Shown: positions 7,198 through 13,036 of the stretch, piece after piece
How positions within the stretch are numbered: position 1 is the first letter of the stretch
Layout of the letters: the number at the start of each line of letters is the position of its first letter
From: Pirellulales bacterium
GTDB lineage: Bacteria > Planctomycetota > Planctomycetia > Pirellulales > JAICIG01
Length of the DNA stretch: 13,036 bases
Direction of reading: 5' to 3'
NCBI GenBank assembly: GCA_035547635.1
Contig: DASZUP010000932.1
Coordinates: 1 to 13,036 of the forward strand
Position numbers and translations under genes: made by a program
The notes under the pieces: model-generated
Databases searched by the model: none
Seen by the model: only the letters and a program-made list of their open reading frames with translations
What the model was told of the DNA's origin: nothing

Positions 7198-7240
7198 GGG
7201 GCGCTTTCGCCGCCCCAACGTCGAGGCGGCTCGGCCGAGC
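7198..7240 (+). terminator. GC-rich hairpin and a 14-bp perfect palindrome downstream of the csrA operon; possible terminator or protein site
   Basis: GGGGCG-ctttcgc-CGCCCC is at 7198-7216 and has no U-tract. GGCTCGGCCGAGCC at 7227-7240 is a perfect palindrome. Both begin about 40 nt after the operon stop. Confidence 0.2.
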
Positions 7241-7430
7241 CTCGCTCTGCGCCTCGGTCGCTTCATGCCGGATTGATTTTCAATTCGGCGAGCGTTATGA
7301 CTCTGGCAAGTGACAAGGCGCCTTGCGCCTTGGCCGACTGCGCACGTCGGGCCACGTCGCAAGCGGTCGGCGCTGGTTGCAATGCGGCCGCGACGGGAAC
7401 CTCGTAGCGAACGAAACAGGGAGGCGTTCA

Positions 7431-8597
7431 ATGCCGGACATGGATATCACCCGCAGGTTCTTTTTCGGCGCCGCGGCGATGGCGGCCGGCGCCGTTGGCG
7501 TCGAGGCGGCTGAAGACCGCAAGCCTCAGCATGGTCCGCCTGCGGTTCCTGAAGGCGAGCTGCCGACGTTTCGCTTTGCGCTCGAAGACTCGCCGGCCAA
7601 GGTCATCGGCGGCAATTCGGCTCGCGAAGCGACGGTGGAGCAACTGCCGATCTCGCAAGGCATTGCCGGCGTTTCCATGCGGCTGGAACCGGGCGGACTG
7701 CGCGAACTGCACTGGCACGCCACGGCGGCCGAGTGGGCCTACGTCATTTCCGGACGCTGTCGCACGACCGTCATCGATGCGGAAGGCAATAGCGAGACGA
7801 ACGACTTCGGTCCCGGCGACGTCTGGTATTTTCCGCGCGGCCACGGCCATTCGATCCAAGGGCTGGGGCCCGGCACGTGCCATTTCGTGCTGGTCTTCGA
7901 CAACGGCTACTTTTCCGAGTTCGGCACGTTCAGCGTCAGCGACTGGATCGGCCATACTCCGAAGGACGTGCTCTCCAAGAACCTCGGGTTGGACAGATCC
8001 GCGTTCGACGCATTTCCCAAGGAAGAGGTTTACTTCGCTCGCGGACCGGTCCCGCCGGAGCGCCCGGCCGCAGCACTGCAGGGCGAATTGCGCTCGCCCG
8101 CCAACACGCACAAGTACAGCATGCTCGCGCAAGAGCCGCACTCGATCCACCGCGGCGGTCGGGAATGGCGGGTGGGGGCCGATCGGTTCCCGATCTCGCA
8201 GACAATCACTGGAGTTCTGCTGGAACTTGATCCGGGAGGTTTGCGCGAGCTGCACTGGCACCCGACCGCCGACGAATGGCAGTACGTCATCGACGGCCGC
8301 GTGAACGTCACCATGTTCGGTTCGCACGGTCGCTACCGGATCGAGAAACTCGGCAAAGGAGACGTCGGTTACATTCCGCAGGGCTACGGCCATTCGATCG
8401 AAAACACGGGCGACAAGACGGCGACGATCTTGATCGCTTTCAACACGGGCCATTATCAGGCGATCGATTTGTCCACGTGGCTCGCCTCGAATCCGCCTTA
8501 CTTGCTGGCGGCCAACTTCGGCATCACGGAAGCCGAGGCGAAAAAACTGCCTCGGCAACAGGTCTTTATTGCTCCGAAGGAAGGCGCGGGCCCTTGA
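7431..8597 (+). CDS. oxdC: Bicupin oxalate decarboxylase (Mn-dependent, OxdC family) with a Tat signal peptide
   Basis: There are two cupin repeats, each with LRELHWH..EW.YV and G(H/Y)GHSI metal-ligand motifs. Similarity to B. subtilis OxdC is high throughout; for example VRELPIS..ASVNMRL.PGAIRELHWH there, versus VEQLPISQGIAGVSMRLEPGGLRELHWH here. The SE(FGT) lid Glu is present. The N-terminus MPDMDITRRFFFGAAAMAAGAVG has a Tat motif. GGGAGG lies 7 nt before the ATG at 7431. Confidence 0.9.
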   Translation: MPDMDITRRFFFGAAAMAAGAVGVEAAEDRKPQHGPPAVPEGELPTFRFALEDSPAKVIGGNSAREATVEQLPISQGIAGVSMRLEPGGLRELHWHATAAEWAYVISGRCRTTVIDAEGNSETNDFGPGDVWYFPRGHGHSIQGLGPGTCHFVLVFDNGYFSEFGTFSVSDWIGHTPKDVLSKNLGLDRSAFDAFPKEEVYFARGPVPPERPAAALQGELRSPANTHKYSMLAQEPHSIHRGGREWRVGADRFPISQTITGVLLELDPGGLRELHWHPTADEWQYVIDGRVNVTMFGSHGRYRIEKLGKGDVGYIPQGYGHSIENTGDKTATILIAFNTGHYQAIDLSTWLASNPPYLLAANFGITEAEAKKLPRQQVFIAPKEGAGP

Positions 8598-8761
8598 GAT
8601 CCGCGCGGCTCCGCCGGCCAGGCGGCGGTTTGCGTCTCGACTCGATGACCAGCCACGCCGCCAGGAAGGCAAAGGCCGCGGAAACCAGCCAGCTCTCGAA
8701 ACGCCTGGCGGGCTGCAGCCAGCCGATTGCTGCCGCTGAGATGGCAATCGTTGCGGAGACT

Positions 8762-8800
8762 GCCAAAAACAAACGAGCCGCAGGCATCGCCCTGCGGCTC
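8762..8800 (-). terminator. Intrinsic terminator of the nfeD-flotillin operon
   Basis: A 10-bp GC stem (GAGCCGCAGG at 8775-8784 and CCTGCGGCTC at 8791-8800) encloses a 6-nt loop. On the minus strand GUUUGUUUUUGG follows. It starts 34 nt after the flotillin stop. Confidence 0.6.
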
Positions 8801-8833
8801 GTCGCGATCGATCGGTGCGTACCGGAAGGCGGG

Positions 8834-10474
8834 CTACGCTTTCGCCTCAGTCGGCTCGCTCTCTTGTTTGGCGTGAACGCCGTTGCCGGAAGTAGACGCC
8901 GCGGCGTTTTCGCCGGCGCCGAGCTTGACCAGCGACTCGGGCAGTTCGACGCCGCCGATGTCCTTAAGCACCTGCATCATCGGCGGCAGCGTGCGGGCCA
9001 TGTTGTGCAGGAAGCCGGCCGTGTTGCTCGTGCCGTTCTGCCCGCCGTTCTCCCAGACCACGACCTTGTCGAACTTGATGTTCGAGATCGCCGCGGCCGA
9101 GGCGCTGGCCAGGTTGTCGAGGTGTTCGAGCATCAGCATCTGGAAGGCTTCCTTGGCGCCGCCGCAGGCGGAGATGATCTCGCGCAAACCTTCGCCCTTC
9201 TTGGCGAGAATCTCGAACTGGCCGCGGGCTTCGGCTTCGAGCTTGGCGAAAATGGCTTTCGCTTCGCCTTCCGCCTCGATGCGGCGGCGCTCGGCTTCCG
9301 CTTCGGCCTGGACAATGGCCTTGGCCTTTTCGGCCTTGGCCGGGGCTTCCAGGGCCGCGCGGCGTTCGGCTTCGACGCGTTCGGCTTCGGCCAAAGCGGC
9401 CTTGGCCATGGCTCGGTTCTGGGCTTCGAGCACGGAGGCCTCGGCTTCTCGCTTGCGCGTTTCGCCCAAGGCGTAGGCATCGGCCTTTTTGACGAGCAAC
9501 TCGGCCTGCGACGCTGCGATTTCCGCTTGAGACGTATTCTCGCCCGCCACCGCCTTGGCATTGGCGTCGGCCAGCTTGATGCGCATCGCCCGCTCGGCGT
9601 CTTTCACCTGCGCTTCGCGCTCGAAGCCGGCGGTCTGCTCGCCGATGGTTTGTTCTTTCTGCAATTCGGCGATCCGCACGGCCTGCTCGCGCTCTGCTTC
9701 GCGAGTGCCGATCTGGCGCAGTTTGGTGGCCGAAGCGACCTGAATCGCCTTGTCGCGTTCGGCTTCAGCCACGCGCGTTTCGCCGAGCTTCTCCTGCTCC
9801 GCCACGTCGCCGCGGGCCTGCTGGATGGCTTGCGAAGCGGCCTTCTGGCCGATGGCGTCGATGTAGCCCGACTCGTCGGTGATGTCCGTGATGTTGACGT
9901 TGATCAGCACCAGGCCGACCTTTTTCAATTCCGGTTCCAGCGAGCGCTGGATGTGTTCCAGGAACGTGTCGCGGTCGCGGTTGATGTCTTCGATCCGCAT
10001 GGAAGCGATCACTTGCCGCAACTGCCCGAAGATGATTTCTTCGGCCTGCTCCTTGACGTGCTGCGTGTCCAAGCCGAGCAGGCGGATCGCCGCGTTGTGC
10101 ATCACTTCGGGCGTGGTGCCGATGGCGACGGTAAACACGCTGGGCACGTTGACGCGGATGTTTTCCGCCGAGAGCGCGCCGCGCAGCGGGATCTCGATCT
10201 GGATCGGCTCCAAGCTCAGCCAGGCGTAGTCTTGAATCAGGGGCCAGACCATCGCGGCGCCGCCGTGGATGCAGTGCGACACCTCGCCGCCGCCCGCCTT
10301 GCCGTAAATCACCAGCACGCGGTTGCTCGGGCAGCGCTTGAAACGCGTGGCCAACTGCAGCAGGAACATCATCACGATGATCAACAGCGCGACCAGGCTG
10401 ATGATAATGATCACGCCGGTCGTCGACGGGAATTGGGCCAGCAGCACGGGAGAGAACGCCGCGGGGTTAAACAT
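8834..10474 (-). CDS. Flotillin-like SPFH/band-7 membrane protein (FloT/YqiK-like)
   Basis: It has an N-terminal TM helix (GVIIIISLVALLIIVMMFLL), an SPFH domain, and a long Ala/Glu-rich coiled-coil stretch (AEAERRRIEAEGEAKAIFAKLEAEA...). It follows nfeD in the classic arrangement. Its start overlaps the nfeD stop as ATGTTTAA. Confidence 0.9.
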   Translation of the reverse strand: MFNPAAFSPVLLAQFPSTTGVIIIISLVALLIIVMMFLLQLATRFKRCPSNRVLVIYGKAGGGEVSHCIHGGAAMVWPLIQDYAWLSLEPIQIEIPLRGALSAENIRVNVPSVFTVAIGTTPEVMHNAAIRLLGLDTQHVKEQAEEIIFGQLRQVIASMRIEDINRDRDTFLEHIQRSLEPELKKVGLVLINVNITDITDESGYIDAIGQKAASQAIQQARGDVAEQEKLGETRVAEAERDKAIQVASATKLRQIGTREAEREQAVRIAELQKEQTIGEQTAGFEREAQVKDAERAMRIKLADANAKAVAGENTSQAEIAASQAELLVKKADAYALGETRKREAEASVLEAQNRAMAKAALAEAERVEAERRAALEAPAKAEKAKAIVQAEAEAERRRIEAEGEAKAIFAKLEAEARGQFEILAKKGEGLREIISACGGAKEAFQMLMLEHLDNLASASAAAISNIKFDKVVVWENGGQNGTSNTAGFLHNMARTLPPMMQVLKDIGGVELPESLVKLGAGENAAASTSGNGVHAKQESEPTEAKA

Positions 10475-11093
10475 GAGCAGACCTTTGAGGTTCGGGAACG
10501 AGCTCGACTTCGACGGTGTCCGGTCCGATAACGCCGATGACGACCACCTTGGCCCCGACGGGCAGGTCGCCTTGCGAAGTCATGGCTTCGTATTCCATGG
10601 TGCGATTTTGCAAGTTGATATGGACCTTGCCGGCGCCGGCCTTGTGGGCGGGAATGCGCAAGTACACAGTCCCGGCCTTTCCCACGGATCTTTCGATTCG
10701 CGCCGTGCCGTCGGCTTTCAGCTTGTGCAGCGACAACATGATCCAATGTACGATGTACATTGCGGCCAAGCCGGCTCCGGCGGCCAGGCCGAGCGTCAGC
10801 GGAAAGGGCAGGCTGGCTGAGTCGCCTGCCAGCCCGATCAACCCGAAGAACGTCATGGCCGCGATAACCGTGCGAAACGTCAAAACGCTCAGAAACGACC
10901 AACTGTGATGGGCCCCGCCGTCGCTCGAATCGCCACCGTCATGCGTTTGCATGTCGTGGTCGAAATCGTGACCAATGTCGTGCGGCAAGTCGTCGGGAAG
11001 ATCCACGTGTTCCAGGCCGATCAAAGCCAGCACGAACTGAAAAACCAGCACCGTACCGCCGATGGCGGCGCAGATGAGAAAGACGAATGTCAT
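10467..11093 (-). CDS. NfeD-family membrane protein (YuaF/YqiJ-like), the partner of flotillin
   Basis: Membrane helices sit at the N-terminus (TFVFLICAAIGGTVLVFQFVLALIGL and VIAAMTFFGLIGLAG...). A C-terminal OB-fold beta-barrel is present (GKAGTVYLRIPAHKAGAGKVHINLQ...VGAKVVVIGVIGPDTVEVELV). I chose the ATG at 11093 because AGGAG lies upstream of it. The ORF track's TTG extension (to 11222) is non-hydrophobic and was rejected. Confidence 0.8.
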   Translation of the reverse strand: MTFVFLICAAIGGTVLVFQFVLALIGLEHVDLPDDLPHDIGHDFDHDMQTHDGGDSSDGGAHHSWSFLSVLTFRTVIAAMTFFGLIGLAGDSASLPFPLTLGLAAGAGLAAMYIVHWIMLSLHKLKADGTARIERSVGKAGTVYLRIPAHKAGAGKVHINLQNRTMEYEAMTSQGDLPVGAKVVVIGVIGPDTVEVELVPEPQRSAHV

Positions 11094-11248
11094 TGCCGGC
11101 AGGCTCCTTTTTGTTCGGCCGCCCTCGACCGCGTTGATAGGATTTCGTCGGAGATGGGCGGATCTTGCCGGAAAAACGCGCTTAGCGCCGTCCATCATCG
11201 GCCCTGCGAGATCGACTGTCAAATCCCGGCGGCCGTCCTATCGTAAAA

Positions 11249-11275
11249 CCTTTGACAAAGGTACGTTACTTTGAC
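11249..11275. promoter_or_regulatory. 13-bp palindrome CCTTTG-A-CAAAGG overlapping a TTGACA hexamer, with a second CTTTGAC copy 20 bp downstream; operator- or promoter-like
   Basis: The sequence at 11249-11261 equals its own reverse complement around the central A. CTTTGAC repeats at 11269-11275. Both lie in the divergent nfeD / ubiD-like intergenic region. Confidence 0.3.
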
Positions 11276-11324
11276 GGGCCGGGGCGGGCGGTCAGGGGAG
11301 AGGTTGCCGGCTGGTTTTTGGAAA

Positions 11325-11415
11325 GGGGATCGGGGGATGCGGAGGAGATCAGGGGATGACGACCAGAGACTCTTTCCTGAGAATCCCCTCATCTCCTCCG
11401 CATCTCCCGATCCCC
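11325..11415. repeat. Long imperfect inverted repeat: two 33-nt arms matching at 31 of 33 positions, separated by a 25-nt spacer
   Basis: The left arm is GGGGATCGGGGGATGCGGAGGAGATCAGGGGAT (11325-11357). The right arm is ATCCCCTCATCTCCTCCGCATCTCCCGATCCCC (11383-11415). The reverse complement of the left arm differs from the right arm at two positions. The left arm contains three GGGGAT units. Confidence 0.7.
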
Positions 11416-11492
11416 ATAAAAAAATGCTTGATCATGCCGTTGCGTTGCCTGCGCCGCGGCGGCTGCCATAAGTAAGAGCATTAGAATCGCGG

Positions 11493-13036
11493 ATGGGTTA
11501 TCGTTCGTTACAAGCGTGCGTCGCAGATCTCGAGGCCTCGAAGCGGCTGGTGCGGGTCGATGCGCCGGTCGATCCGTATTTGGAAGTCGCCGAAATCCAG
11601 CGCCGCGTCTATCAGGCCGGCGGTCCGGCGATTTTGTATACGAATGTTCGGGGTTGCGCGTTTCCGCTGGTCAGCAACCTGTTCGGCTCGATCGAGCGCG
11701 TGCGGTACATGTTCCGCGATACGCTCGACGATGTGCAGAAGCTGGTCGCCTTGAAAGTCGACCCGAGCCAATTCGGCCGCCGGCCTTGGCAGTATCTCGG
11801 CGCCGCCCGCGCCGGGCTGCACGCCTTGCCGCGCCGCGTTTCTCACGGTCCGGTCCTCGAGCATGAAATCAAACTCTCGGCCTTGCCTCGTATCGTCTGC
11901 TGGCCCCAAGACGGCGGGCCGTTCATCACCTTGCCGCAGGTTTATACGGAAGACGTCGAGCGGCCGGGCTGGAAGCGGTCAAACTTGGGCATGTATCGCG
12001 TGCAGTTGGCGGGCAATCAGTACCAGCAAGATAAGGAAGTCGGCCTGCACTATCAGATTCATCGCGGCATTGGCGTGCATCATGCCGCGGCGATTGCCCG
12101 CGGCGAAAAGTTGAGAGTCAGCATCTTTGTCGGCGGTCCGCCGGCCATGACGGTGGCCGCCATGATGCCGCTGCCCGAGGGCTTGCCGGAAATCGCCTTT
12201 GCCGGCGCGTTGGGAGGCCGGCGAATCCGGCTTGTAGAACGGCCGGGCCATTCGGCTCTCTGGGCCGACGCCGACTTCTGCATCACCGGCTACATCGACA
12301 GCGAGCGGCAATTGCCCGAAGGCCCGTTTGGCGATCACCTGGGCTACTATTCGCTGGTTCACGATTTTCCCGTGCTGGTCGTCGAACGCGTCTACCACCG
12401 CACGGGCGCCATCTGGCCGTTTACCGTCGTCGGCCGGCCACCGCAGGAAGACACGGCCTTCGGCCAGTTCGTACACGAGTTGACCGGTCCGGTGATTCCG
12501 ACCGTCGTCCCCGGCGTGCGGGCGGTACACGCCGTCGATGCGGCCGGCGTGCATCCGCTGCTGTTGGCCGTCGGTAGCGAACGGTATGTGCCTTACGCGC
12601 CGCGCCGCCAGCCGCAGGAACTGCTGACGCAAGCCAACGCCATTCTTGGCCAAGGGCAGATGTCGCTGGCCAAGTACCTGCTGATCGTGGCGCACGAAGA
12701 CCAACCGGAGCTGGACATTCACGATATCCCCGCTTTCTTCAAGCATCTGCTCCAGCGCGTCGATTGGAAACGCGATCTGCACTTTCAGACCTGCACCACG
12801 ATCGACACGCTTGATTATTCCGGCGGCCGCTTGAACGAAGGCTCGAAGGTCGCCATTGCGGCGGCGGGCGAGGCGCGGCGCGAGCTGCCGCACGAACTGA
12901 GCGGAGAATTGCAGTTGCCGGACGGCTTTGCCGATCCTCGCCTGGCCCTGCCCGGCGTGCTGACGATCGCCGGGCCGCCGTATGCCGCCGATGAAAAGGG
13001 CGAGGATCCGGCAATCAAGCGCTTTTGCAGCAACTA
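11493..13036 (+). CDS. UbiD-family (prenyl-FMN-dependent) decarboxylase, partial; it continues beyond the window end
   Basis: The N-terminus MGYRSLQACVADLEASKRLVRVDAPVDPYLEVAEIQRRVYQAGGPAILYTNVRG is collinear with E. coli UbiD ([52 protein letters not shown]). GGPFITLPQVYTEDVE...SNLGMYRVQ matches the UbiD core. The open frame runs to the window end, so the ORF track does not list it. Confidence 0.85.
   Translation, partial: MGYRSLQACVADLEASKRLVRVDAPVDPYLEVAEIQRRVYQAGGPAILYTNVRGCAFPLVSNLFGSIERVRYMFRDTLDDVQKLVALKVDPSQFGRRPWQYLGAARAGLHALPRRVSHGPVLEHEIKLSALPRIVCWPQDGGPFITLPQVYTEDVERPGWKRSNLGMYRVQLAGNQYQQDKEVGLHYQIHRGIGVHHAAAIARGEKLRVSIFVGGPPAMTVAAMMPLPEGLPEIAFAGALGGRRIRLVERPGHSALWADADFCITGYIDSERQLPEGPFGDHLGYYSLVHDFPVLVVERVYHRTGAIWPFTVVGRPPQEDTAFGQFVHELTGPVIPTVVPGVRAVHAVDAAGVHPLLLAVGSERYVPYAPRRQPQELLTQANAILGQGQMSLAKYLLIVAHEDQPELDIHDIPAFFKHLLQRVDWKRDLHFQTCTTIDTLDYSGGRLNEGSKVAIAAAGEARRELPHELSGELQLPDGFADPRLALPGVLTIAGPPYAADEKGEDPAIKRFCSN

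Noticed and set aside
7428-8747. 439-aa minus-strand ORF overlapping oxdC
   Set aside because: It is antisense to the strongly supported bicupin gene, Arg-rich and low-complexity.
8276-10531. 751-aa plus-strand ORF overlapping the flotillin gene
   Set aside because: It is a mirror image of the flotillin Ala/Glu coiled-coil, read as GLGFGxGR repeats. It spans two real genes on the other strand and has no start context.
11094-11222. TTG-initiated 43-residue N-terminal extension of NfeD
   Set aside because: The extension is hydrophilic and non-conserved. The internal ATG at 11093 starts directly at the first membrane helix and has an AGGAG upstream.
11281-11357. G-quadruplex in the G-rich plus strand upstream of the long inverted repeat
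   Set aside because: Several GGGG runs exist, but the intervening loops (15-27 nt) exceed canonical G4 limits. The inverted-repeat reading explains the sequence better.
11979-12893. 304-aa minus-strand ORF inside the UbiD-family gene
   Set aside because: It is antisense to a CDS whose N-terminus aligns residue-by-residue with E. coli UbiD. It is Arg-rich with no domain signal.

Overview
This is a GC-rich (~60-65%) window that looks like chromosomal backbone rather than an island. The long intergenic spacers, the many twin-arginine (Tat) signal peptides and the Gfo/Idh/MocA family (NAD-binding oxidoreductases) together suggest a Planctomycetota-like genome, but that is inference. I can support ten protein-coding genes on both strands (the two at the window edges are truncated):
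- a secreted thioredoxin-fold protein (partial, minus strand)
- transcription terminator Rho (rho)
- an ArnT/PMT-like membrane glycosyltransferase (minus)
- a Tat-exported Gfo/Idh/MocA oxidoreductase (minus)
- csrA, followed by a translationally coupled 81-aa protein
- a Tat-exported bicupin oxalate decarboxylase
- a convergent nfeD–flotillin operon (minus)
- a UbiD-family decarboxylase (partial, plus)

I found no tRNA, rRNA, CRISPR array, transposase or integrase. The long ORFs antisense to real genes are GC-driven artefacts. I could not identify a clear-cut novel multi-gene system. The more interesting signals are listed here.
- The csrA plus 81-aa BON-like module overlaps at TAATG; the 81-aa protein may be an uncharacterised CsrA partner.
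- A 700-bp repeat-dense spacer (4245–4948) carries a phased ATCCGTG triplet and GGAU-rich minus-strand sequence, and is closed by a bidirectional terminator; it could hold an sRNA or a regulator-binding array.
- A 33-bp near-perfect inverted repeat and a CCTTTGACAAAGG palindrome sit in the nfeD/ubiD-like divergent region.
- Rho has an RGG-rich disordered N-terminus in place of the usual helix bundle, and a 16-bp perfect palindrome lies in the rho leader.
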